NCBI GenBank assembly: GCA_018062205.1
Contig: JAGOSP010000003.1
Coordinates: 17,220-81,219, forward strand
Reading direction: 5' to 3'
Length of the DNA stretch: 64,000 nucleotides
DNA from: Candidatus Moraniibacteriota bacterium
GTDB taxonomy: Bacteria > Patescibacteriota > Minisyncoccia > Moranbacterales > UBA1568
Shown: piece after piece, positions 47,798-57,512 of the stretch
How positions within the stretch are numbered: position 1 is the stretch's first letter
Layout: every line of letters begins with the position of its first letter
Notes under the pieces: generated by a model
What the model saw: the letters and a program-made list of their open reading frames with translations, nothing else
Told to the model about the DNA's origin: nothing
Database searches by the model: none
Program-made: the position numbers and the translations under genes

Positions 47798-48029
47798 AAA
47801 AAAAGAGGATTCGTAGACTGATGGTTTACTTGCAGGGAGAGTGATATGTAGCGGTTAAAACGAAAGAGGGGTCTTTGGAAGAAGTGTGGATAGTTTTGGC
47901 TTCAATAAAAGGAAAAGAATGCTCTTCCTGCTACAGAATACCACGACTTGACAAGAAATCAAAGCTATGCTAACATAAAAAGTCGTTGTGCTGTGAGGCT
48001 CTTCGGCACAGTCCTGTAGTTTTGTTTTT

Positions 48030-48350
48030 ACAAAAGAAAGATCACTTGATCTGTAGACAATCGGAGGTCTCTATCTTTGCCTCTGATCTCGGGAACTTTT
48101 TGTCCCGCACCTATTTGGGATCGGTTTTCCTCTTTGGAAGAGGAAAATCTTTTTGTGTGAACTCTAAAATGGGTTCATATCTCAAAGAGGCGCGGGATTT
48201 GCCCAGATCGGGTAGTGTGGTTTCGGCTGCGCTATTCCTCGACACTGTTCCTTTCCTCTCGCTCCCATGTGAGAGGCCTGTCTACAGATCAAGATATCTT
48301 TCTTCAAAATAAATCTCGTCTCGCATAAAGTGAGGCGTTTTTTGTTTTTT
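48030..48350 (+). ncRNA. candidate structured non-coding element (unassigned family)
   Basis: GC-richer intergenic segment. A 15-nt perfect long-range pairing joins CTTGATCTGTAGACA (48045-48059) with TGTCTACAGATCAAG (48279-48293). Internal features are a 10-bp perfect hairpin TTTTCCTCTT-TGG-AAGAGGAAAA (48137-48159) followed by TCTTTTT, a further hairpin at 47992-48020, and a T-rich 3' end (48340-48350). Confidence 0.3.
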
Positions 48351-48412
48351 CTTAAAAAACTCTCGGTGTTTTCCGGAGTAGTTTTTAGGAAGAGTCCCGC
48401 CTGTGAGTAGGG

Positions 48413-51400
48413 TTAGATCTCGGTGACTCGTTTGACTTCTTCAAATGAAGTATGGCCCTCAAGTACAGCCAAAATTCCATCTTGTGTCATGGTGATCATC
48501 CCGAGTTTGATAGCGCGTTCTTCAATCTCATGTACGAGAGCACCTCTTCCAATAAGCTCCTGAATCTCAGTCTCCACAGGAAGGGCTTCGGTAAGAGTTA
48601 TTCGTCCAATGTATCCTGTACCATTACAAGATGGGCATCCGGTTGCGCGCCAAATTGTTCGAGAGCTTGGAATATCAATACCAGCAGCCGGTGAAATGGA
48701 CTGAACGACTAATTCGATAAGAGCAAGCTCTTCGGCGGCGGGAGTCGATTCTTGTTTGCAATGAGTACAGAGTTGGCGAACGAGTCTTTGTGCCATAAAG
48801 AGATTGCTTGCATTAGCAAGATCATCCGGCGAGGTATTCATTTTGAGTAAACGTGAAACCGTTCCGGCTGCGGAATTAGCATGGAGCGTGGAAAGAACAA
48901 GGTGCCCGGTTGAGGCAGCTTGAATGGCCGCTTCAGCGGTTTCGTTGTCACGGATTTCACCAATCATAATAATATCTGGATTTTGGCGCATCAATGACCG
49001 AAGAGCGGTAGCGAATGTGTAGCCAGCTTCCTCGTTGGTTTGTGTTTGGAGAAGGCCAGCTATTTGATATTCGATCGGGTCTTCAACGGTGATGATTTTA
49101 ATTTCTGGTTTGTTGAGACGAGCGAGAACACTATACAGGGTGGTTGTTTTTCCAGATCCAGTTGGGCCAGTATTGAGTATCATGCCGTATGGTTTTTCGA
49201 TAGCCACAAGGAGCTTATCGAGACTTTGTTGGCGGATATGGAGCGATGTGAGATCGAGTTTTGTGACAGACTGGTTGAGAAGTCTCATGACGACTGTTTC
49301 GCCGAAGCCACCAAGAATGATAGAGAGACGAATGTCCACCTTATTTCCGGTAATATTTTCATTTTCTTTTTCCAAATTGACAGAGAACCGGCTATCAGTA
49401 ATACCGGCAGCCTCTCCAGATTTGAGACCACCAAGAAGTTTAATCTCACCAATAAAACTAGGGTATTCATTGAGAGGAAATGAGGCAACGGTTTGAAGTA
49501 TGCCATCAATCCGGAAGCGGACTTCGAATGTGGCTTCGTTTGGCTCGATATGAATGTCTCCGGCCTTCATGATAATAGCAGCTGCAAATAGAGTAGAGAG
49601 TCGCAAATGAGAATCTTGTTTTTCAGCGAATTCCGCGAAACTTTGAAGTGAAATTAAAGACTGTTTTGTTTCTGCGAAGAGGGCTTCCGTGATGAGTGAG
49701 GCGCGAGAAAGCGAACTTGGCATGAGCTTGGCATAGATGTTTTGGAGAATCTCAGTTTGGTCGGCAACTCTCCAGACCTCATCAAGAGTGGTAATACCCT
49801 CGAGCGCCTTGAGAATACCATCTTGAGTCATGGTGATCATGCCGTTTTCGAGAGCGACTTTGAAAATTTCTTCTTCGCTCCCCATATTGCTGATGATTTC
49901 TGAAATCTCAGGAGTTATAGTGAGCACCTCAAAAATACCGATTCGTCCTTTATATCCTGTCATGTGACAATGCTGGCAACCTTTTATCTGCCAAAGCCCC
50001 TCGATATTTTTTGGAAGAGAAACCTTTGCTTTTGGTGAAATAATAGAAATGAGTCGGGTAATAGAGCTGAATGTTTCTTTGGCAGGCACGTAGGATACGC
50101 GACAGTGCGTGCAGAGTTTCCGAACAAGACGCTGGGCGATGATAATGTTTATGGCCGAAGTAATAAGCGAGGGCTTGACACTGAGCTCAACGAGTCGTGG
50201 TACTGCAGCTGCGGCAGAGTTGGCATGGATAGTCGAAAAGAGAAGATGCCCCGTGAGGGCAGCATTAATAGCAATGTCTGCTGTTTCGTCATCTCGAATC
50301 TCACCGACTAATACGATATCTGGGTCTTGACGAACAATAGCGCGGAGGGCAGTCGCAAAGGTGTAGCTTCGATCCTTAGCAACTTCGGTCTGGACTATCC
50401 CTGGGAGTGAGTATTCAATCGGATCTTCGATGGTGATGATTTTTGTGCCGGCATTATTCAGCGTTGAGAGAAGCGTATACAACGTTGTTGTTTTCCCGGA
50501 TCCAGTTGGGCCGGCATTGAGTATCATGCCATGTGGCTTTCGGATTTCTTTGAGGACTTGTTCGTTGGCGAGACCGCGGAGGCCAAGGTCATTCACATTA
50601 ACGATGATGTCATCGCTTGATAACAGTCGCATATTGATACTCTCGCCGTACTTTCCGGGAATCGAGTTTACGCGGATATCAATACGCTTTCCGTCGATAT
50701 CGATGTAAAAATGTCCATCTTGAGCCTCTTTTCTGATATTTAGTCGCATTTTCCCGAGCATTTTGACGCGAGAGAGGAGAAGATGATAGACAGCTTCCGG
50801 TAAATTACCAATGTCCTGAAGAACGCCATCAATACGAAAACGAAGTCGGGTGGTAGCCTCCTCTGTTTCGAAGTGGATGTCGCTGGCATCGAGTTTTTTG
50901 GCTCCAGCTAAGATGATTTCCATAGCACGAGAGGTATTAATCTCACGGCTGTCTTTCAAAGAAAGGAGCTGAGCAAAATCTTGATCAAATTGTTCGAGAT
51001 CTTGACCGTTTAACGAAACACGAACCAGGTCAAGATTATCAATGAACGTACGACGTTTATATTGCTCGATAGCCCGATTGAAAGATGGTTGTGAGACGAC
51101 GTATATCTCACTTTCCCACCCGTGTTGTTCGCTGATTTCAGCGATAAAATCCAGTGTAGCTTGATTGTTTGGATTAAGAATAGCAAAACGTACCTCGAGT
51201 GTTTTTTTGTGGAAAAGAACGACGTTGAGTTCGAGAGATTTCTTTTCTGGTATCAGGAGTACATCTTCAGAACCGATAGGAAAGATATGGAGGTCGATAT
51301 AGGGATAGCCAGAATTTTGAGCAAGCTGTGAGGCAACCTCTTCAATAGAATCATTTCTGAGTTTTTTGAGAATCAGCGCAGTCTTTTCGATTTTTGGGTC

Positions 51401-51472
51401 AATGCTCCCGCCATTTTGGACAACTGTGACCATAATTTTTTTGTTTATGATTACGTTTATTTTAGCGCACAA
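48413..51472 (-). CDS. pilB: type IV pilus/type II secretion ATPase (GspE/PilB family), tandem-duplicated: two complete N2+ATPase modules in one polypeptide
   Basis: 1019 aa. Module 1: Walker A ILNAGPTGSGKTTT, Asp box, Walker B DPDIVLVGEIRD, His box GHLLFSTIHAN, CxxC...CxxC. Module 2: ILNTGPTGSGKTTT, DPDIIMIGEIRD, GHLVLSTLHAN, CTHC...CPSC. Each module is preceded by an N2-like domain (DIHFETEEATTRLRFRIDGVLQ / DIHIEPNEATFEVRFRIDGILQ). A single GSPII_E_N-like domain sits at the N-terminus. Confidence 0.85.
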   Translation of the reverse strand: MCAKINVIINKKIMVTVVQNGGSIDPKIEKTALILKKLRNDSIEEVASQLAQNSGYPYIDLHIFPIGSEDVLLIPEKKSLELNVVLFHKKTLEVRFAILNPNNQATLDFIAEISEQHGWESEIYVVSQPSFNRAIEQYKRRTFIDNLDLVRVSLNGQDLEQFDQDFAQLLSLKDSREINTSRAMEIILAGAKKLDASDIHFETEEATTRLRFRIDGVLQDIGNLPEAVYHLLLSRVKMLGKMRLNIRKEAQDGHFYIDIDGKRIDIRVNSIPGKYGESINMRLLSSDDIIVNVNDLGLRGLANEQVLKEIRKPHGMILNAGPTGSGKTTTLYTLLSTLNNAGTKIITIEDPIEYSLPGIVQTEVAKDRSYTFATALRAIVRQDPDIVLVGEIRDDETADIAINAALTGHLLFSTIHANSAAAAVPRLVELSVKPSLITSAINIIIAQRLVRKLCTHCRVSYVPAKETFSSITRLISIISPKAKVSLPKNIEGLWQIKGCQHCHMTGYKGRIGIFEVLTITPEISEIISNMGSEEEIFKVALENGMITMTQDGILKALEGITTLDEVWRVADQTEILQNIYAKLMPSSLSRASLITEALFAETKQSLISLQSFAEFAEKQDSHLRLSTLFAAAIIMKAGDIHIEPNEATFEVRFRIDGILQTVASFPLNEYPSFIGEIKLLGGLKSGEAAGITDSRFSVNLEKENENITGNKVDIRLSIILGGFGETVVMRLLNQSVTKLDLTSLHIRQQSLDKLLVAIEKPYGMILNTGPTGSGKTTTLYSVLARLNKPEIKIITVEDPIEYQIAGLLQTQTNEEAGYTFATALRSLMRQNPDIIMIGEIRDNETAEAAIQAASTGHLVLSTLHANSAAGTVSRLLKMNTSPDDLANASNLFMAQRLVRQLCTHCKQESTPAAEELALIELVVQSISPAAGIDIPSSRTIWRATGCPSCNGTGYIGRITLTEALPVETEIQELIGRGALVHEIEERAIKLGMITMTQDGILAVLEGHTSFEEVKRVTEI

Positions 51473-51543
51473 TAGAGAATTGTGGAATGAAAAAAAACAG
51501 CCCTGTCGGCTGATGGAGTAAAAAAATCCTTTCTTCGGGATGT

Positions 51544-52695
51544 TTAGTTCTCAGTTTGTTCGAGAAGGGGAATCAAACAAGATTGGATGTGTGAAGTTGC
51601 TATTTCAAGCGAGGTTGCTGCAATAGGAAAGACAAGAATATCTCCTTGGATTTCTGATTCGGGGAGAGCGAGGTGTATTTTCTGGAGCATCTCGGTATTT
51701 TGACACTTGAGTAAACCCCGGATAGCTATTGGACTTTCTTGGAAGAAGACGACAAATGTTGTGGCAAGAGAAAAACTTCCGCGGATTTTTTCGAGTACAA
51801 GCGAGAGATCATGCGTGTGGGCCCGAGACTGCACGAGATCCTCGAGTGATATGGGAGCGAGTATGAGTTTGTATTTTTCATCCCATTGGATATGAGAAAG
51901 TGCTCTCCCCCAAAGCTTGAGAAGTGGGAGTGGTTCGGTTCGATAAAGTGCGCGAACGATTTTTTGCTGGTCGGCACCATGCCCGATGAGTTCAGCTGCA
52001 GCCTTGAGTGCTTTTGGCGTGGTATTCTTCTTTTGGAAGCTTTCAGTAGCAGACATAATACCAGCAAGGAGCGCCTCGGCAATTGATTCGGTAATAAATG
52101 TGGGGACGGTCCGCTCGAGAAGTTCTGTGAGAATTTCTGATTTCGATGAAGCAGTGATATCAACCAGATTAATCTGGCCGAACAATTCATTTTGTGAACT
52201 GGTATCGATATTAATGAGTGGTACTTCGTAAAAAATATCGGGGTTATCTTCGAAAATTTTTCCGAGATGCTCTTTATCGGGAGCGCCGATGATGATAGCT
52301 ACGTCGAACCGATAGTGTGCTGGGATAAACGAAAAGTCGCGCGGGTCGATAGTTCCCTTTTCGGGAGTGAGGTAGATGCGGTATTCGTCTCCTTCTTGTG
52401 CGGTACGAACACCCAGAACTTTGTTGTAACTCGTGTTGAAAGAGAGGACAAAATCGCGCGCTCCAGAAAGAGCCGGGAGTACTTCTTTTGGATGAGTGAT
52501 AAAGGCGAGCGTTTCAAGGGAAACATCGATACGATCAGCAGCGAGAGTGACTGATTTTCCGAGGCGTTCAATGAAAAGCGAAAGAGCAAGAGCGGTTGCT
52601 ATGTCATCGCGACTGGGATAGGGAGTCAGCAATACAAGGGGATGTGAAGATTTTTTGATGAGATCGTGGAATTGTTGATCAGGAGAAAGGGACAT
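51544..52695 (-). CDS. DHH-family phosphoesterase-like protein with degenerate motifs
   Basis: 383 aa; N-terminal layout resembles the NrnA DHH domain (LVLLTPYPSRDDIATALAL...) but no intact DHH/GGGH motifs. Confidence 0.35.
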   Translation of the reverse strand: MSLSPDQQFHDLIKKSSHPLVLLTPYPSRDDIATALALSLFIERLGKSVTLAADRIDVSLETLAFITHPKEVLPALSGARDFVLSFNTSYNKVLGVRTAQEGDEYRIYLTPEKGTIDPRDFSFIPAHYRFDVAIIIGAPDKEHLGKIFEDNPDIFYEVPLINIDTSSQNELFGQINLVDITASSKSEILTELLERTVPTFITESIAEALLAGIMSATESFQKKNTTPKALKAAAELIGHGADQQKIVRALYRTEPLPLLKLWGRALSHIQWDEKYKLILAPISLEDLVQSRAHTHDLSLVLEKIRGSFSLATTFVVFFQESPIAIRGLLKCQNTEMLQKIHLALPESEIQGDILVFPIAATSLEIATSHIQSCLIPLLEQTEN

Positions 52696-52880
52696 AATTC
52701 GTACAAGCAGATAAGCAGTGAGAGAGCATGAGATAAGAAACTAGCCTAGCAGGGGAATCCTGAAACGTCAAATGGACGGCTGTTTCTTCGGGGGAAAGCA
52801 GGGGCTCCTTCTGTGAGAGAGGGTCTCGTTCGACGAGGAGCTCTTTTTTTGGTATAGCTAGAGTAAGAAGAGAAACGCTT

Positions 52881-53336
52881 ATGTCTACAGAAAAACACTT
52901 TTTTTCCCCGAGCGCGGAAGAAACTCGCCGTGCGGGGCTGGAATTCGGGAAGACGCTTTCGCCAGGAACCCTCGTGTGTTTTCGAGGTGACCTTGGGGCT
53001 GGAAAGACTACGTTTATTCAAGGAGTGCTCACTGCTTGCGGAGCGGCATTGCCATTCGTAAGTCCAACGTTTGTGCTGATGAAAGAATATTGTTTGGTGC
53101 AGTCGACCGAGAGCGGTATATGGCGTGTCTATCATGCGGATGCCTATCGTATGGAGACGGCTGAAGATTTTGAAAAAATTGGTTTCTCTGAGTGGTGTGC
53201 TGATAGAGATGGCGTCGTTCTTCTTGAATGGCCAGGGCGAGTTGAGAGCTTGCTTCCAGAAAACCGAATCGAAATTCAATTGAATCTTGAAGAAGGAAAA
53301 GAAGAAACGCGTAGTATATCCATCCGTGTTTTATAA
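52881..53336 (+). CDS. tsaE: tRNA threonylcarbamoyladenosine biosynthesis protein TsaE
   Basis: Walker A FRGDLGAGKTTFIQG, overall 151-aa YjeE-like size. Confidence 0.8.
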   Translation: MSTEKHFFSPSAEETRRAGLEFGKTLSPGTLVCFRGDLGAGKTTFIQGVLTACGAALPFVSPTFVLMKEYCLVQSTESGIWRVYHADAYRMETAEDFEKIGFSEWCADRDGVVLLEWPGRVESLLPENRIEIQLNLEEGKEETRSISIRVL

Positions 53337-53389
53337 ACAAGTATTTTTGCCGTATACTGTGTAGCAATGGGTGCCATTACGTATCTCAC

Positions 53390-53761
53390 ATGAAATTAAC
53401 GATAAAATCAGTCCTTCCTGTGTCGCTTGCCTTTCTTGGTATCCTTTTCATATTGGCATGGTTTTGTGAAGAAATATTCCGTGCCATTTTGTCTGATGAA
53501 AGTACGCAGATGCTCTTTCAGGAATATGTGTGGGATATTTCTGCTATAGCTATCGGTTCACTCTTTTTGGTTGGGTTTTCGGTGGCAGGGGTGGTCTATT
53601 GGTTTTCCGTTCGTCCTTTAGAGAAGCTTTGTTTAGCGGCGAAAAAAATGAGTGAAGGAAATTTTGAAGAAGAAATACAGGGAGGCTCTTCGGATGAAAT
53701 TGGAGAGCTTGCTTCCCTACTTGAAAAAATTCGTCTCAACGTAAAAACACTCTCGAAATAG
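53390..53761 (+). CDS. small membrane protein with HAMP domain (2 TM + HAMP, no output domain)
   Basis: Two TM helices then RPLEKLCLAAKKMSEGNFEEEIQGGSSDEIGELASLLEKI, a typical HAMP amphipathic pattern. Confidence 0.5.
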   Translation: MKLTIKSVLPVSLAFLGILFILAWFCEEIFRAILSDESTQMLFQEYVWDISAIAIGSLFLVGFSVAGVVYWFSVRPLEKLCLAAKKMSEGNFEEEIQGGSSDEIGELASLLEKIRLNVKTLSK

Positions 53762-53855
53762 ATCGCTTGGGGTGTGATGAAGTCACTCGCATTGGGAGAA
53801 TCTGAAGAGAAAAAAAGAACCACTGCTTGTGGGCAGTGGGTGAAGAACGGAGAGT

Positions 53856-54272
53856 TCACTTCGAGGAGGGCTTGCTGAGCAATTTTGGTTTTCCGCTGTT
53901 CTGTTTGAGGAGGGCTTGAAAATAGAGTAGAATGCTCCAGAGGAGAAGCGCATAAAGGACGAGCAAAAAGTGGTTTCTCTGCCACGTTAAGCATGCTCCA
54001 GAGAATAAAAACATAACGGACAAGGAGGGAATTGTCAGGAAAATCCCTTCGCGGACGACCCAGTGTTGTCTAAAATGAGCACGAGGGATTTGTATCCAGT
54101 AGATGGAAGCAAAGTAGCCAATGCACGCTAGAAACATGAGGGCGGTATCTGTCATTCGCACAAAGGGCAAATGGGAAAGGAGTTGTACCCCTACGCTGAC
54201 GATGAAGATGTGAAGTATCCCCTTTGCGATTGAGAGGGAAAAGACACAGAACTTCCAAATGGTAGATTGCAT
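53856..54272 (-). CDS. hypothetical 4-TM membrane protein
   Basis: 138-aa hydrophobic ORF, no motif. Confidence 0.35.
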   Translation of the reverse strand: MQSTIWKFCVFSLSIAKGILHIFIVSVGVQLLSHLPFVRMTDTALMFLACIGYFASIYWIQIPRAHFRQHWVVREGIFLTIPSLSVMFLFSGACLTWQRNHFLLVLYALLLWSILLYFQALLKQNSGKPKLLSKPSSK

Positions 54273-54419
54273 GAGACCCTCCGAGTTGAAGATTCGCTTG
54301 TAAACGATCAGTACAGAGTATCATTCATTACGAGAACGATATATCAATATGAAAGCATAGAATAGGCATAAAAGCAAGAGCGAGGTGTGATTTTTTGCGT
54401 GACGCGCTATACTGGTTCT

Positions 54420-57044
54420 ATGGAAAATAAGCCGAAAACCTTGATTCTCTTGGATGGGAATGCGCTGATTCATCGGGCGTATCATGCTTTGCCGCCTTTG
54501 ACGACGAAAAAAGGAGAGACGGTGCAAGCCGTGTATGGATTTACGATGACACTTCTTTCAGTCTTGGAGAAATTTCGTCCGGACTATATTGCTGCGTCGT
54601 TTGACTTGGCTGGCCCAACTTTCCGAGATGAGCTCTACGCTGATTACAAGGCAACGAGACAAAAAGCCCCAGATGATTTGTATGCGCAAATTCCGAAGGT
54701 CAAGGAAATGACACAAGCATTCAATATCCCTATTTATGAACTTGCTGGATATGAAGCGGATGACTGTGTGGGGAGTATCGCCAAACAGGCAGGAGCGGCA
54801 GGCGTAGAGGTAATTATCGTGACGGGTGACAATGATGCCCTCCAGCTGGTGGATGAGCGTATCAGCGTTTTTTCTATTCGGAAGGGACTCAAAGATCTCG
54901 TGTTGTATGATCGAACGGCTGTCGAAGCAAAATATGGATTCGGACCAGAACTCCTTCCGGATTATAAAGGTTTGGCTGGGGATACCTCGGATCATATTCC
55001 AGGCGTGCCTGGCATTGGCGCGAAGGGAGCCACCGATCTGCTTCGGGAATTCGGGACTCTGGAGAACATCTATGTGCATCTCGGAGATGTGAAGGAATCG
55101 CTGCAGAAAAAATTAGAGGCAGGACGGGAGAGCGCCATTCTTTCCAAAAAATTAGGGACGATTGATACGGCGGCACCCGTGACTCTTGTGCTCGCTGACT
55201 GCGTAACACATGATTTCGAACAAGAAAAAGTAGCTGCTTTGTTACGCGAGTGTGAATTCTTCAGCCTTCTCAAGAAAATACCCGGTCAGAGCATAGTCCG
55301 AATCGAAGAAAGCGCCGGAAGAACCCGATCTACCAAGGTCGTTCAGAAGAAGATGAAGAAGGGAATGGAGATCTCAGCTTGGCTAGAAGAAGTGAAAGGT
55401 CGTGGTGTTGCCCTCGTTCTTTCTGATGAGACGGACTCGCTGTTTGGCGGAATAGGTATCACAGAAATTGAATTTGCAGCGGATGAGAATACGCAGGTGA
55501 CTGTTGAATGGAATGAGGAAACCAAAGAAATCCTCACGGCATTTTTTGAACATCCCAAGCGTCCGAAAATAGTATTCGATTCTAAAGCTGCGATGCATCG
55601 TTTGATGCGGGAAGGAATACTTTTGGCTGGAGTGGCGCGCGATGTGTCACTTATGGATTATCTTTTGGATGCGGGTAGTCGGCAAAGTTTTTCGGATCTC
55701 ATTTCGCGCGAACTGGGTGAAGAAAATAGCAAGGCACGCGCAGCAGCACTCTACCAAATCAACGCTGTTCTTGGACAAAGACTCAAGGATATTTCCGCCA
55801 CGCAAAAATCCCAACAGACACTCCTTGATGTCTATGCGTCGCTCGACCTTCCTTTGATCCCGATTCTTTTTCGGATGGAAAAAAAAGGTATCCGTCTCAA
55901 TACGGGGACGCTGCGCAATATGTCCGATGATGTGACGCAAGAAATTGTTGTTTTGGAGAAAAAAATTTGGGATGTGGCTGGCAGGGAATTCAATATTAAT
56001 TCACCTAAGCAGCTTGCAGATATTCTCTTTGTGGATCTCGGGATTCCGACGAAAAATATCAAGAAGAATAAGACGGGTATCTCGACCGCTTCGACGGAGT
56101 TAGAGAAGTTGCGTGCCGAGTACCCGATTGTTGCTCTCGTAGAACAGTACCGCGAATTATTCAAACTCAAAACAACATATCTTGATGCGCTGCCGTCTGT
56201 GGTTGATACACATTCTCGTATACACACGACATATCATCAGACTATCGCAGCAACAGGACGACTCTCCTCTTCTGATCCAAACCTACAGAATATTCCTGCA
56301 CGGCAGTCCTGGAGTAAGCAAATACGAGGGGCTTTCGAGGCTGAGTCAGGGTATGTTCTGGTTGGGGCAGACTACTCGCAGATCGAGCTTCGAGTCGCGG
56401 CGCATCTCTCAAATGATACCAATATGATTGAGGCTTTCCAGCGAGGAGAGGATATTCATCAGAAGACAGCCGCTGTGGTCTTCGGGGTTGAGCCAGAAGC
56501 AGTGACCACTGATATGCGTCGACAGGCTAAGGTGTTTAATTTTGGCATTCTTTATGGTATGGGAGCATTTGGATTGGCGCAGGCGGCTGATATTGACCAG
56601 AAAGAAGCAGGGAAATTTATCGAAGCATATTTCTCTCGTTTTGCGGGTGTAGCGAAGTATCTTGAGGCGTCAAAGGCATTCGCTCGTGAGCATGGATATG
56701 TCGAAACCGAGCTTGGACGACGACGAAGTGTGCCGGAAATTCAGAGTCAGAATGTGCAGGTTGCGCGTTCTGGAGAGCGCATGGCCGTCAATATGCCTGT
56801 GCAGGGATTGGCCGCAGATATTATGAAGCTCGCGATGATTGCTGCCGATCAGCTCGTGACTGAAAAGTACAGTGAAACAGCCACGATGCTTCTGCAGGTG
56901 CATGATGAAATTATTTTTGAAGTGCGCGAAGAAGCGGTGGCGGACTTTACGAAGGATTTGAAACAAGTAATGGAAACGGTCTATACTCTCAAGGTGCCAC
57001 TCACTGTTGAAATAGCTTCAGGGAAAAATTGGGGAGAGGTGTAA
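54420..57044 (+). CDS. polA: DNA polymerase I
   Basis: 5'-3' exonuclease N-domain (LILLDGNALIHRAYHA), central 3'-5' exo-like domain, polymerase motifs A (LVGADYSQIELRVAAHLS), B (RRQAKVFNFGILYG) and C (LQVHDEIIFE). The track ORF starts at 54387; Met at 54420 is likely. Confidence 0.92.
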   Translation: MENKPKTLILLDGNALIHRAYHALPPLTTKKGETVQAVYGFTMTLLSVLEKFRPDYIAASFDLAGPTFRDELYADYKATRQKAPDDLYAQIPKVKEMTQAFNIPIYELAGYEADDCVGSIAKQAGAAGVEVIIVTGDNDALQLVDERISVFSIRKGLKDLVLYDRTAVEAKYGFGPELLPDYKGLAGDTSDHIPGVPGIGAKGATDLLREFGTLENIYVHLGDVKESLQKKLEAGRESAILSKKLGTIDTAAPVTLVLADCVTHDFEQEKVAALLRECEFFSLLKKIPGQSIVRIEESAGRTRSTKVVQKKMKKGMEISAWLEEVKGRGVALVLSDETDSLFGGIGITEIEFAADENTQVTVEWNEETKEILTAFFEHPKRPKIVFDSKAAMHRLMREGILLAGVARDVSLMDYLLDAGSRQSFSDLISRELGEENSKARAAALYQINAVLGQRLKDISATQKSQQTLLDVYASLDLPLIPILFRMEKKGIRLNTGTLRNMSDDVTQEIVVLEKKIWDVAGREFNINSPKQLADILFVDLGIPTKNIKKNKTGISTASTELEKLRAEYPIVALVEQYRELFKLKTTYLDALPSVVDTHSRIHTTYHQTIAATGRLSSSDPNLQNIPARQSWSKQIRGAFEAESGYVLVGADYSQIELRVAAHLSNDTNMIEAFQRGEDIHQKTAAVVFGVEPEAVTTDMRRQAKVFNFGILYGMGAFGLAQAADIDQKEAGKFIEAYFSRFAGVAKYLEASKAFAREHGYVETELGRRRSVPEIQSQNVQVARSGERMAVNMPVQGLAADIMKLAMIAADQLVTEKYSETATMLLQVHDEIIFEVREEAVADFTKDLKQVMETVYTLKVPLTVEIASGKNWGEV

Positions 57045-57099
57045 AGTGAGGAAGAGAAGAATGTATTTTGAATAATTTTTTGAATTTTATTAGAACAGT

Positions 57100-57468
57100 A
57101 TGGAGAGGATGTTTCCACAGCGCGAGACAACTGAAGCCGAACCAGTCAATATGTTCAGGGAAGCTGCTCAAGATCTGGGGCTCAGGGGTATCATATTCCC
57201 AGAAGTTGGAACGGAAGCTTACAGAAGACTTATGCTTGCTTGTCAGAATTATTCGCAGGAGGTTTTTTTAGAAATGACTTCATCGCCGCACAGAAGAGAT
57301 ATCACAACGAGTCAGTCAAAAAGAAGAAGGTTGCATAATCAGCTTTGTATTATGATGCTTGGCTTAGAACATGCGGCAGTGGCAAAGAGAGACCCAAAGG
57401 ATTTGCAGCGCATTGCTAATGTGGCGCATAGTATCAGTGGGCGTGAACAATATATTGAGCATGTATAA
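57100..57468 (+). CDS. hypothetical protein
   Basis: 122-aa ORF in a slightly GC-richer segment; no motif recognised. Confidence 0.3.
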   Translation: MERMFPQRETTEAEPVNMFREAAQDLGLRGIIFPEVGTEAYRRLMLACQNYSQEVFLEMTSSPHRRDITTSQSKRRRLHNQLCIMMLGLEHAAVAKRDPKDLQRIANVAHSISGREQYIEHV

Positions 57469-57512
57469 AAAAAGCGGTGACTCAGATTCGAGCCACCACA
57501 GAACGAGAGTCT

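Noticed and set aside
47986-48312. 108-aa track ORF in the ruvB-pilB intergenic region
   Set aside because: Poor coding character, no RBS or homology, and the segment is dominated by strong secondary-structure elements. Reported as a candidate ncRNA instead. RNase P RNA, tmRNA and SRP RNA identities were considered and not supported by their conserved sequence strings.
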